DNA from: a virus | Strand: one strand, 5' to 3' | Length of the DNA stretch: 28,245 bases | UHGV virus genome: UHGV-0133447 | Part shown: in pieces, positions 1 through 7,954 of the stretch | How positions within the stretch are numbered: position 1 is the first letter of the stretch | Layout: each line of letters opens with the position of its first letter | The notes under the pieces: model-generated | The model's input: only the letters and a program-made list of their open reading frames with translations | Told to the model about the DNA's origin: nothing | Databases searched by the model: none | Translations under genes and position numbers: made by a program

Positions 1-205
1 AAGTCGCGATGGTTTCGGATAACAGCCTTACACATGACCACACTGCCGATAACTGCAGGGCTTTATCAACCGTAACGGATTTGCCTGCTGCGGACTGCCC
101 ACCAGCATAAGCAGCCCATAATTCACCGTCGGTAAGTGAGATGGGTACGCCGAGCCACCGGCGAACGGCGCTTTTTATCCGGCCTGGCTTCTTCTCTTTA
201 TTCAT
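1..205 (-). CDS. phage portal protein (HK97-family-like), N-terminal fragment; gene continues past window start
   Basis: Minus-strand ATG at 203-205, just downstream of the TerL stop (212-214), open to position 1. Translation MNKEKKPGRIKSAVRRWLGVPISLTDGELWAAYAGGQSAAGKSVTVDKALQLSAVWSCVRLLSETIAT resembles portal N-termini (memory). Position after terminase fits head-module synteny. Absent from the ORF track because truncated. Confidence 0.7.
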   Translation of the reverse strand, partial: MNKEKKPGRIKSAVRRWLGVPISLTDGELWAAYAGGQSAAGKSVTVDKALQLSAVWSCVRLLSETIAT

Positions 206-211
206 GGTGAC

Positions 212-1948
212 TCACACAATGATGGGATTACTGAAAAAGTCGTCGATATCGCCAGAATCATCCTCATAGCCTTCGGAGGCACCGATTGCCATAGCGCCCG
301 CTACAATGCCGTCGATACGCCCGGTACTTTTTTTCTTGGCAAAAATTCGGTTTTCTTTCTGATCAGCCTCCGTCACTGCTGAAGCCGCATTCCAGCGAAG
401 ACAAGGGTTCGTCCTGATGATAATGACACTGTCATCAAGCAACTCTTCAAACAATTCGATGGAGTGAGGCATCCACAGCCCGGAATCTTTCGCTTTGTAA
501 TACCCTTGCCCATGAGGGATTAACGGAACAGAAACAGATGCTTCCTCAAGCTCCGGCTCAAGATATTTAATGCGATACTGGTCGAAGGCGATGGCCTTGA
601 TATCAAACTTCTGAGTCAGATCTGCAATGCGCTGGGCAACAAAGCCGTATTTCACTGCTTTGCCAGGTGTGGTGTGGATGTGACCATCTCGCTCCCAGGC
701 GTCATAAGGTACCCGGTCCGTTTTGGCCCGTTCCAGTAACGTATCTTTCGGGGTCCAGAACTCCACCAGCAACTTACGTTGTTTTGGAAAAAACAACGCC
801 AGTGCCGTCAAATCACGCGATCCGGACAGGTCTAAACCGCCATAGCATTCCTCACCTTCCAGTTCATCTGGATCAAAGCTCTCCTCACAACCCATCCAGA
901 CATCACTGCTCATCCACGGATTAGCCGCGTCAACCCACTGACAGAAGTTAAGACGTCTGACGATGCTCTCTTTCGATGGCATCCCGCGGGCCTGAGTCAC
1001 CTGCTCACGAAGATAGCTTTCTTCAAAGGTGTGACCCAGCGAAGGGTTAGCTTTCTTCCAGCAGGACTCATCCTTGAAAGGATCGTCTCCTTCATCCAGA
1101 GAACAAATGAAGGCAAAAAAGCTGTCATCTTCTATCGAACCGGCAGAAACCTTTCGGCCGTATTCGTGATAGTCATAGCAGACACTCGTTTTATCGTGCC
1201 CACTGTTGGTGATCATGAAAATCAGCGCCTGCCGACGACCTTTGGTACCGGCACGCATCATTTCAACAACCTGATTGCTTTTATGCTCGTGAACTTCATC
1301 AATAAGAGCACAATGCGGTCGCGGGCCGGACTGCCCGTCATCTGAACTGATTGGACGAAAGAAGGAACCAGACTGAAGAAAAGCCAGGTTCCATTCCTTC
1401 CCGGCACCACCTGATTTCTGAATACGTGCGGAAAGAGCTGGAGACTGATCGACCATCGCCACCGCATCACGGAAAAGGACCATTGCCTGGTCTTTCTTCG
1501 TGGCAGCGGCATAAACTTCAGCGCGTGCTTCTTTATCCGCAGTGAGACAGTAAAGCCCTATACCCGCAGACAGAGGGGATTTACCGGATCCCTTCCCGGA
1601 CTCCACATAGACCATTCGGAACCGGCGAAAACCTCTGGCGTTTTTCCAGCCAAAAATCGAACCGACGATGAAGCACTGCCATGGCAGCAACACGAAAGGC
1701 TCGCCTTCGAAATCACCACCATTGAGCTTCAGAACTTTCGCAAAATAGTCAATCGAGCGTTGCGCCGCCTCAACATCCCAGTGCAGACCACGGGCATGAC
1801 ATGACTGCAGATCGTTGAGGTGGCGCTGGCATGAGTTACGTATGTCAGGACCAGCCAGTTCTTTGCCCGAGGTTACATCCATCGCATATTGGGTTGCTGG
1901 ATCAACCGAAGAACTTATCGAGCGTGTCCTCTTCGGGGTCTTCGCCAT
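212..1948 (-). CDS. terminase large subunit (HK97-like)
   Basis: 578-aa ORF with Walker-A-like GKGSGKS and ATPase/nuclease-sized architecture. GGTGA Shine-Dalgarno 8 nt upstream of the ATG. Sits between the small terminase and portal genes. Confidence 0.9.
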   Translation of the reverse strand: MAKTPKRTRSISSSVDPATQYAMDVTSGKELAGPDIRNSCQRHLNDLQSCHARGLHWDVEAAQRSIDYFAKVLKLNGGDFEGEPFVLLPWQCFIVGSIFGWKNARGFRRFRMVYVESGKGSGKSPLSAGIGLYCLTADKEARAEVYAAATKKDQAMVLFRDAVAMVDQSPALSARIQKSGGAGKEWNLAFLQSGSFFRPISSDDGQSGPRPHCALIDEVHEHKSNQVVEMMRAGTKGRRQALIFMITNSGHDKTSVCYDYHEYGRKVSAGSIEDDSFFAFICSLDEGDDPFKDESCWKKANPSLGHTFEESYLREQVTQARGMPSKESIVRRLNFCQWVDAANPWMSSDVWMGCEESFDPDELEGEECYGGLDLSGSRDLTALALFFPKQRKLLVEFWTPKDTLLERAKTDRVPYDAWERDGHIHTTPGKAVKYGFVAQRIADLTQKFDIKAIAFDQYRIKYLEPELEEASVSVPLIPHGQGYYKAKDSGLWMPHSIELFEELLDDSVIIIRTNPCLRWNAASAVTEADQKENRIFAKKKSTGRIDGIVAGAMAIGASEGYEDDSGDIDDFFSNPIIV

Positions 1949-2366
1949 TCACTTTCACCTTCGTCCTTGCCGCTGGCGTCAGACCGAATTCAACCAGGTA
2001 ACTTTTAAAACGGCGGTCGGCATCGGCCAGCATCGAAACGGCCGGGTTAGCTTTGATAAGAAAACCACCCTCGGTCTGGACGGTATAGGTTCTTCCCTCT
2101 ACTGCGATAGTGTCGCGCAACTGAAGAATATCAGCGTAAATATCGCATAGCCGTTCAAGGGCTAAGGTGTCGGCAACCGTTAAAACCCCCATCCCGTCAA
2201 GGAGAACAGTCAACCTTCCCCAGGCGACCTTTCCCCAGTCGGTCAGGTGCGCCGGCGGGCTTGGAATTTCTCGCGCCGGAGTCGGTTCTTTATCGTTGAG
2301 TTTACGTTTGCCCGGGTTGCCGGAGACCACTTTGAGGTGGGTCGGTTTCGGGCGTCGTCCTGCCAT
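1902..2366 (-). CDS. terminase small subunit (P27-family-like)
   Basis: 154-aa ORF directly upstream of TerL with a 47-nt overlap. GGGAGG RBS upstream of the ATG. N-terminal basic region and LTPAARTKV-type C-terminus typical of P27-type TerS (memory). Confidence 0.8.
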   Translation of the reverse strand: MAGRRPKPTHLKVVSGNPGKRKLNDKEPTPAREIPSPPAHLTDWGKVAWGRLTVLLDGMGVLTVADTLALERLCDIYADILQLRDTIAVEGRTYTVQTEGGFLIKANPAVSMLADADRRFKSYLVEFGLTPAARTKVKVNGEDPEEDTLDKFFG

Positions 2367-2414
2367 CGGAACCTCCCGGAAAAAAACTTTTCATTTCGCG
2401 GTTGTGCACAAAAA

Positions 2415-2470
2415 GGAGGGGCGGCGGTCATTTCGGGTCAGACTTCTGAACTTTTGACCCGCCCCTCCCC
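2415..2470. other. long nested imperfect palindrome in the HNH-TerS intergenic region; candidate cos / terminase recognition element or terminator
   Basis: ggaggggcgg (2415-2424) pairs with ccgcccctcc (2459-2468), and inner gggtca (2435-2440) pairs with tgaccc (2455-2460). Location between the HNH endonuclease and TerS matches where HK97-type phages keep cos. Confidence 0.3.
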
Positions 2471-2483
2471 TATGGAATTGACG

Positions 2484-2825
2484 TCATCTGAACCAGTGAG
2501 AATTTGGATCAAGCGGAATACCGTTTTCATCGCAGCCGATTACGGTGCCGCGCTTCTCCATTCGCTGCTTCGTTGAGTCATGGTGCTGCTTACACAGCCC
2601 TTGCCAGTTCTTCCGGCTCCAGAAAAGCTTTTGCGCTTTCGCTATTGCCTGGCTGTCACCAGAGCGCAGAGCCTCTTTCAGTTTGTGCGGGATGATGTGG
2701 TCAACCACAGTGGCCGCTGTCACCCTGCCTTGCTCCTGGCACATGACGCATAAGGGGTGCGCACGAAGGAATATAAGGCGCTCACGGTCCCATTTGCTGC
2801 CGTATATGCGCGGTTCTTTGTTCAT
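2484..2825 (-). CDS. HNH endonuclease (terminase-associated type)
   Basis: 113 aa with Cys pairs (CVMCQEQG ... CKQHH) and VVDHIIPH HNH core. AAGGGG RBS. Immediately upstream of the terminase genes, as for HK97 gp74-like proteins. Confidence 0.85.
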   Translation of the reverse strand: MNKEPRIYGSKWDRERLIFLRAHPLCVMCQEQGRVTAATVVDHIIPHKLKEALRSGDSQAIAKAQKLFWSRKNWQGLCKQHHDSTKQRMEKRGTVIGCDENGIPLDPNSHWFR

Positions 2826-3191
2826 GTTATCGCCCCTTGAGCATTATCACAGGCACTCAGTGAATGCCTGCTGTAATGCCTTAGCTGGACTGTTCAGCGC
2901 TAGTATCGAATAGCGGCAGCGCTTCAGTTGCTTCCTGCACTGCTTTCATCGTCTTTGCCACCACTTCAGTCTCTGATGTGACACGGCTGTATTGCTGGAT
3001 GAATAACTGATACTTGAGCGTACTATCCTGAACAAATTCTACAGCGACCTTTGCAGCGGCAGTGTCTTAGTTCAGGGTGGAAAGTAGGTTAAGACGAATC
3101 TGCTGGGCGTCGGTGATTTCGACCATGTCGTACCTCTATGCGATGTGGGGAGCATTATCGAAGCCATTCGGCAGAATGGCTCCTGTAATGC

Positions 3192-3392
3192 CTACTGTCG
3201 TTCCAGGTGTTCGTAACGTGAAATTGTCTTGCCGTTTGCGTTCATCACGTAGGCAATCTCTCCCTGCTTCAGGAATACGTTCTGGTCCATTCCAGACACC
3301 GCGATACTCTGCTGGTTGGGGTTGAAACCAACGCTCAGGCCACAATGGATTTCTTCGCCACCATCTGGTGACATCACTTTTACTGTTAACAT
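3192..3392 (-). CDS. hypothetical small protein (66 aa)
   Basis: ORF preceded by AGGAG with about 8-nt spacing. Lies between the lysis cassette and the HNH gene on the late strand. No family recognised. Confidence 0.45.
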   Translation of the reverse strand: MLTVKVMSPDGGEEIHCGLSVGFNPNQQSIAVSGMDQNVFLKQGEIAYVMNANGKTISRYEHLERQ

Positions 3393-3527
3393 GCTTCTTC
3401 TCCTGCTTCTGGTAATAAAAAGCCCCGCTATTGCGAGGCATCACGATTAAAGGCTTCTACAGGGTGGCGGACAACATTTCTCCTCTATACTGTTAAATCG
3501 TCGAACTCAACAGAACAGGTAGAAAAT

Positions 3528-3812
3528 ATGATCGATCATTACTACGTAACTCACGCTCAAATCCTGGCGCTGAGAAACGTTGTTGCTTTTATCGTGCAAA
3601 CGATGCCCGAAGAACAAAAAGAAAATGTCCTTCAGGTTTTGAGAAAATTTGCTGAAATAGAATTAATGGATGGTATCGACACGCCGCCTACGAGTGATAT
3701 CACCCCGAAAACAGTTGAAAAGTTAAATAAAGCCTACAAGGCAGTCTTCAATGACATTATCGATCTTTCAACGCCTGGCAGGGAATCTGCTTCAGCAAGC
3801 TACCTGCAATAG
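3528..3812 (+). CDS. hypothetical protein (94 aa), opposite strand to surrounding late genes
   Basis: Only sizeable ORF in the 3445-3900 gap. Followed by hairpin ggccaga/tctggcc (3835-3857) and a T-rich tail. No family recognised. Confidence 0.4.
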   Translation: MIDHYYVTHAQILALRNVVAFIVQTMPEEQKENVLQVLRKFAEIELMDGIDTPPTSDITPKTVEKLNKAYKAVFNDIIDLSTPGRESASASYLQ

Positions 3813-3834
3813 TTCTCGACCTTATCTCCATGAT

Positions 3835-3857
3835 GGCCAGAACGTTCTTGTCTGGCC
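3835..3857 (+). terminator. hairpin with T-rich tail after the 3528-3812 ORF (weak intrinsic-terminator candidate)
   Basis: 7-bp stem ggccaga/tctggcc with 9-nt loop, followed by ctttctcaagttt. Confidence 0.3.
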
Positions 3858-3902
3858 CTTTCTCAAGTTTGCTCAGTCGAAATTCAATATTCTTTGCCTT
3901 GA

Positions 3903-4133
3903 TCATCGCGTAACCCTGCCGGTTGGTTGCGGGCAGTTAGCCTGCACTGATTTGTTGTGCGCCAGAATGTCGCGCTTCGTCTGCTTATCCAGCACATCGA
4001 TATCGTGGTCAGTAAGGTAGATGATCCGCACCCAGCTGCACGCGGTATCAACCACCACCGGGGCGGGTAAACTTTTCGCGCAGCTCGCGATCAACATCGT
4101 CATCGCCCATACGCTTAACGCTCTCTTCAACAT
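3903..4133 (-). CDS. putative outer-membrane spanin (Rz1-like lipoprotein), overlapping the i-spanin in another frame
   Basis: Internal ATG of the 3903-4292 ORF gives MLKRALSVWAMTMLIASC...: basic n-region, hydrophobic core, lipobox-like IASC. About 76 aa with several Pro and Cys in the mature part. Sits just downstream of the endolysin. Confidence 0.5.
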   Translation of the reverse strand: MLKRALSVWAMTMLIASCAKSLPAPVVVDTACSWVRIIYLTDHDIDVLDKQTKRDILAHNKSVQANCPQPTGRVTR

Positions 4134-4329
4134 CGCTGGCCCCTTTCGTGGCTTCTGCTTTACGTTCTGCCGCGGCGACGCTGGCGGCCGCCTTCTCTTC
4201 GGTGCGCTGCCGGCTGGCTTTCGCTTCTGCTTTACTGGTGCCTCGCGCATGGCCAATGCCGAACGCGCCAGCAATAGCGCCCAGAATGACAACCACCAGC
4301 CCCGCGATAGCTTCTATTCCCATGATCAT
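4048..4329 (-). CDS. putative inner-membrane spanin (Rz-like)
   Basis: 93 aa with N-terminal transmembrane segment (IAGLVVVILGAIAGAFGI) then a charged Ala/Glu/Lys-rich helical region. Start overlaps the endolysin stop (ATGA). The following lipoprotein ORF overlaps its 3' end. Confidence 0.45.
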   Translation of the reverse strand: MIMGIEAIAGLVVVILGAIAGAFGIGHARGTSKAEAKASRQRTEEKAAASVAAAERKAEATKGASDVEESVKRMGDDDVDRELREKFTRPGGG

Positions 4330-4955
4330 CCCACCAGTACCGATTTTGCTTTCAGGAATCGGGCGCGTCGGTCATCAATGCCGTTCTGCCCGCCGTTGAT
4401 AATCTGGGTCACGCGCACTAAATCTCCGTGGTATTTCAAACATCCGTTTGAGGTGTAAAACCAGGCTGCGCTGCGGGCCGCATTAATATATTTCTCCAAC
4501 AACTCAGGGTTGCTGACTAAATCCAGTTTCAGTGCATTACCGCACTTCATATAATTTTCGAGGAAGGTGATCCCGATAATTCCACGCCCGCGGTATTTCC
4601 AGCCATCGCCCGCAGCCTTATTGCCAAAACGATTGTTGTAGACGAGATTAGCGATCGCTCGTTGACGTTCGATCGGTAAAACCTTTTCGTAAGTTTTACG
4701 CCCCAGGGTGTTCGCCTGGTCCTGCGTGATGCGCTTTGCCTTCACAAAACCAGCCAGGCCGGCAACGCTATAGTTAAAACTTTCGACCATCTGGGTAAAT
4801 GACGTGCTTTCGTGTCCACACTGCGCTATGAACATCGCCTGATCGAGTGGAGCTGTAATGCCGAATTCTTTCATCGCAGCATCAATATGCGGAAACCAGC
4901 GCGCAGCTAACCCGGCGCTGATACCAGCCGCCCTTTGAAATTGTGATTGGTTCAT
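4326..4955 (-). CDS. endolysin, glycoside hydrolase family 19 (chitinase-like lysozyme)
   Basis: 209 aa with FIAQCGHESTSF-type motif and overall GH19 endolysin pattern (memory). Flanked by holin-like and spanin-like genes. Confidence 0.85.
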   Translation of the reverse strand: MNQSQFQRAAGISAGLAARWFPHIDAAMKEFGITAPLDQAMFIAQCGHESTSFTQMVESFNYSVAGLAGFVKAKRITQDQANTLGRKTYEKVLPIERQRAIANLVYNNRFGNKAAGDGWKYRGRGIIGITFLENYMKCGNALKLDLVSNPELLEKYINAARSAAWFYTSNGCLKYHGDLVRVTQIINGGQNGIDDRRARFLKAKSVLVG

Positions 4956-5233
4956 CAGTGCCTCAGTGCATCAACCAGTCGCGCCACATTCCCCCTGAAC
5001 CAGAGAACCGCGCCGCAGATAAGAATGTTAGCCAGCACCACCAGCCAGTGGGATGACTCGTACAGGCCAAACAGGAAACGGAAAGGGATGCTGGCATAAA
5101 CCAGCACCATGAGATAAGCCAGAACGGATATGCCCGGACGGTGTCTCGCACTACCTCGTTGGTAGAACATCAATGCCAGCACAATGACGGCGCAAATGAC
5201 TGCATTGGCCAGCGCTGAAGGATCATTTACCAC
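4955..5233 (-). CDS. holin-like small membrane protein
   Basis: 92 aa with three predicted hydrophobic segments and a basic C-terminus. Immediately upstream of the endolysin with a 1-nt start/stop overlap. Confidence 0.55.
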   Translation of the reverse strand: MVNDPSALANAVICAVIVLALMFYQRGSARHRPGISVLAYLMVLVYASIPFRFLFGLYESSHWLVVLANILICGAVLWFRGNVARLVDALRH

Positions 5234-5612
5234 TTGAACCTCCTCCCCGGAACCGGGTCAGCATATTGAACAAGCTATTTAGATCCTGGCTGTTGAGAAA
5301 CGTCAGAACTTTGATGATAAGCGCTGATATTAATACGGCTCCCAACGCATCAAGCGGACGGTCGCTGTAGCCAGTCCAGCTTGAAAGCTTGGAACCCACC
5401 AGACCGGCGCCCAGAACACCAACAATGAATGACGTCATAAAGTATGCCACCAGCTTACCGCGCGATATGTTAGCTGCCGTGGCCACGTAAAAAACCGCCC
5501 CGGCGAACGCACCAAATACCACGCCGTAATCTATTCCGGTAGCCAGACCGAACATGCTAGCCCCCATCAGGCCGCCGGCCGCAACTGAAGTACCAGAGAC
5601 AGGATCGGACAT
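5223..5612 (-). CDS. holin-like membrane protein (possible holin/antiholin partner)
   Basis: 129 aa, Gly/Ala-rich hydrophobic segments, GAGGGGG RBS. First gene of the lysis cassette. Confidence 0.55.
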   Translation of the reverse strand: MSDPVSGTSVAAGGLMGASMFGLATGIDYGVVFGAFAGAVFYVATAANISRGKLVAYFMTSFIVGVLGAGLVGSKLSSWTGYSDRPLDALGAVLISALIIKVLTFLNSQDLNSLFNMLTRFRGGGSSGK

Positions 5613-5657
5613 TTAGCCCCCTCTATTGCTGTGGATCCTCTCAGAACGAGGGGAAAA

Positions 5658-5671
5658 TAGGATGGCCGCCA
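5658..5671. repeat. 14-bp direct repeat copy 1 (taggatggccgcca)
   Basis: Exact 14-mer also at 6271-6284. The two copies bracket an AT-richer segment carrying the opposite-strand ORF 5855-6265. Confidence 0.7.
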
Positions 5672-5854
5672 TGTGACAGCCACCAAAAATCACTGTAAAA
5701 ATATCAGGATTCACCACCCTCTCAGACGGATTTATTCTTCTTGTTCAGTCTCGTCCGCGTACGAAGCCAAGGATGTATCCAAGACCAAAACAAGAAAAAC
5801 CGAATCCCACCACGGGTAATACTGAATAAATAAAATCAGGCATAGGGAAATCTC

Positions 5855-6265
5855 ATGGAAATTATTTCAGTAATCGGAGTGATACTGACACTGCTAGGGC
5901 TCTTTATTCCGTCACTAATCAGTAACCATTCGTCACGTAAGGCAGAGTTCAGGAAGCATTCCGCACCACTGCTGGGAAAGTTGCTAAGCGAAATTGAGGC
6001 TATTGAAGGAGGCTCTTATCCATTCAGGCTTATCAGCGATGCTGATTTCAACCAGTTGCTACCTTACGCCCCGAGGCGCAGGAAAAACGCTCTCCTTGAT
6101 GCTTACACCAGTTATCTCGACGCTCATACGATGGCCACCACGAAGCACTGGCACGATGAACATCCATCCGATGGAATGCTATTTTTCCCGACGGGTTTCT
6201 CAGTCACTAATTCAGATGAGGTACTGAAGAAAATGCAACCTCTGAAAAAAGAACTCAGCAGATAG
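5855..6265 (+). CDS. hypothetical membrane-anchored protein (136 aa), moron candidate
   Basis: N-terminal hydrophobic segment IISVIGVILTLLGLFIPSLI. AGGGAAA upstream of the ATG. Opposite strand to the late operon, in visibly AT-richer DNA bracketed by the 14-bp repeats. Confidence 0.5.
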   Translation: MEIISVIGVILTLLGLFIPSLISNHSSRKAEFRKHSAPLLGKLLSEIEAIEGGSYPFRLISDADFNQLLPYAPRRRKNALLDAYTSYLDAHTMATTKHWHDEHPSDGMLFFPTGFSVTNSDEVLKKMQPLKKELSR

Positions 6266-6270
6266 TCCTT

Positions 6271-6284
6271 TAGGATGGCCGCCA
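6271..6284. repeat. 14-bp direct repeat copy 2 (taggatggccgcca)
   Basis: Exact match to 5658-5671; lies 6 nt after the stop of ORF 5855-6265. Confidence 0.7.
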
Positions 6285-6330
6285 GATGGATTAACGACAA
6301 AGCACAGAGTGAATGATGCTCTGGTGGCAC

Positions 6331-6358
6331 AAATAAAAAAGCCATGCAAATGCATGGC
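6331..6358 (-). terminator. intrinsic terminator-like hairpin (minus strand)
   Basis: Perfect palindrome gccatgca-aa-tgcatggc (6341-6358). On the minus strand it is followed by TTTTTTATTT (complement of 6331-6340). Confidence 0.5.
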
Positions 6359-6462
6359 CTTGTGGTTTGAATCCGTTATTTACAAAATGTATTCGAGACA
6401 GTATCTTTCGACTTCCGGACAAAAAAACATATACCGGGACAAAATCTAAATGTAACTGCCTT

Positions 6463-6493
6463 GCCTGCATGAAACCATGCGGGCTTTTTTTTT
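6463..6493 (+). terminator. intrinsic terminator (plus strand)
   Basis: Stem gcctgcatg/catgcgggc (one mismatch) with loop aaac, followed by nine T (6485-6493). Confidence 0.55.
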
Positions 6494-6496
6494 GGC

Positions 6497-6522
6497 CAAA
6501 GAAAAAGCCCACCGAAGTGGGC
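6497..6522 (-). terminator. intrinsic terminator (minus strand) with UUCG-type tetraloop
   Basis: Minus-strand reading ggcccac-ttcg-gtgggc followed by TTTTCTTTGG. Lies downstream of the TerB-like gene. Confidence 0.5.
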
Positions 6523-6896
6523 CTTACAGCTATCATCATTTTTTATTAGGTGTGGTGCCGGGTGCCTCCCGGTAAGTCGCCGCCAGTCCACAGACGACTC
6601 GCAATGCGCAAAAAAACATATCAGACTGGCAATGCCCCTCCGCATAGGGGGATTCACCACACGGATAATTTAGGATGTAGTCATAGGCGGCGTCAATAAC
6701 TGACACTCTGTCAAAGGCATCATTACGATGCCTTTTGCACAGTGCTAATCACTGGATCTAATAAGGGGCCAGAGCAAAGCGATTACCCCGGCTACCAGCA
6801 CGCCATCAGCCAGGATTGACATCATTTTGCTGGTGAAGTCGATAGCAACCACCAGAAACAAAAGCACCCCGGCTGCGGCCCAGCGAAGTTTACCGA

Positions 6897-7322
6897 TCAC
6901 AGGTACTGGTCCAGAGGAAGTTGCAGAGCCTGGGCAATTTTCTTCAGCTGTTTCTCTTCTTCTTCCCCGATGCCGTCGTTATCAGCTACATCAAGACACA
7001 GGCAAAGAACATCGACAGCGTCATCCGTCCCGGCAACGTCAGCCAGTTCGCGCAACGCCTGAGCGTTGGCTGAACGTGGTGATGCTTCATAGCGAGCGCG
7101 AATATTCGAACTCATCTGGGCAATTTCACCAGCAAATGGCGCGAATGCCGGGAGGGCCGAAATAGTCTTCTCCAGCACTGCAATCTCTTTTGCATCGCAG
7201 GTACCATCGGCGTATGCAATCGAGTACGCTCCCCAGACCGTGGCTTCTACGGCATCGCGGTTTTCCATTTTTTTTACTTCAACAACGGCTTTACGGGCTT
7301 TCTTTTTAAAAATACCGAACAT
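6897..7322 (-). CDS. TerB-like domain protein (tellurite-resistance TerB fold), moron candidate
   Basis: Using the ATG for MFGIFKKK...: two acidic motifs (AYADGTCDAKEIAVLEK and VADNDGIGEEEEKQLKKIAQAL) matching the TerB pattern from memory. The track ORF extends to 7403 with an alternative upstream start. Confidence 0.5.
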   Translation of the reverse strand: MFGIFKKKARKAVVEVKKMENRDAVEATVWGAYSIAYADGTCDAKEIAVLEKTISALPAFAPFAGEIAQMSSNIRARYEASPRSANAQALRELADVAGTDDAVDVLCLCLDVADNDGIGEEEEKQLKKIAQALQLPLDQYL

Positions 7323-7341
7323 AATTACGTCTCTCTTTAGT

Positions 7342-7404
7342 GGTGAGCCAACGCTCAGGGATGGTAACCACAAGGCGACGTAATACCGTCCCTCTTGGCT
7401 CACC
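7342..7404 (-). promoter_or_regulatory. long composite hairpin in the leader of the TerB-like gene
   Basis: Outer 10-bp stem ggtgagccaa (7342-7351) / ttggctcacc (7395-7404). Inner 8-bp stem agggatgg (7357-7364) / ccgtccct (7386-7393) with one wobble. Sits between the HNH-AP2 stop and the TerB-like start. Confidence 0.35.
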
Positions 7405-7453
7405 CTGAAAAGTTGTGGTTTTGATTTTTCCGCCGAGCGAGGCGGCTATGAGC

Positions 7454-7954
7454 TTAAATAGATGAAAAATCACCATGGTACTGCCTGGAAGCAGCTACAT
7501 ACGCCCTGTGCGCTTCTTCTTTAGTGTGGAAGCGACCAAGTCGAATTTTTTTCTTTGCAATACTTATTTGCGCAATCCATTTTTTTCTATTGCGGGGGGA
7601 ATCGTTGAAATAGACCCCTTTAAGTCCAGCTGCGTTATTGCTGTGTATCCGTCGATTGCGAGTGTTCTGGTTTTGTGTGCAGAGCCTGAGATTTGTAATA
7701 CGGTTATTCAACTTGTCGCCATCAATATGATCAACAACAAGGGTTGACGGAATTTCACCGTATTTCAAGACCCAAATTATTCGGTGCACACGTATATTCT
7801 TTCCATTGAAGAATACCCTTAAATACCCAGTATCAGTCTTGACGCCAAGAGTGTCGCCAGGACTTTTACTCCCAAAAGGTGACTTGCAATAAAGGATGCC
7901 CGTAGTTTCATCGTATGAAAAAAAGTTCCTAACCGTTTCAAGAGATAGATTCAT
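7454..7954 (-). CDS. HNH homing-type endonuclease with C-terminal AP2-like DNA-binding domain
   Basis: 166 aa. HNH core VVDHIDGDKLNNRITNLRLCTQNQN. C-terminal GVYF...KKWIAQISIAKKKIRLGRFHTKEEAHRAYVAASRQYHGDF resembles AP2 domains (memory). AGGAG RBS. Gene is visibly AT-richer than its flanks. Confidence 0.8.
   Translation of the reverse strand: MNLSLETVRNFFSYDETTGILYCKSPFGSKSPGDTLGVKTDTGYLRVFFNGKNIRVHRIIWVLKYGEIPSTLVVDHIDGDKLNNRITNLRLCTQNQNTRNRRIHSNNAAGLKGVYFNDSPRNRKKWIAQISIAKKKIRLGRFHTKEEAHRAYVAASRQYHGDFSSI

Noticed and set aside
667-2150. Plus-strand ORFs (667-924, 1031-1345, 1351-1545, 1815-2150) inside the terminase genes
   Set aside because: Antisense to well-supported terminase ORFs and lacking start-site signals.
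2826-3191. Tiny minus-strand ORFs (about 19-22 aa) in the gap upstream of the HNH gene
   Set aside because: Too short and without clear RBS; the gap more likely holds regulatory or packaging-related sequence (hairpin caggca/tgcctg near 2850-2870).
3136-3444. 102-aa minus-strand ORF overlapping the 3192-3392 ORF
   Set aside because: Different frame over the same DNA; the 66-aa ORF has an AGGAG RBS with proper spacing while the longer one does not.
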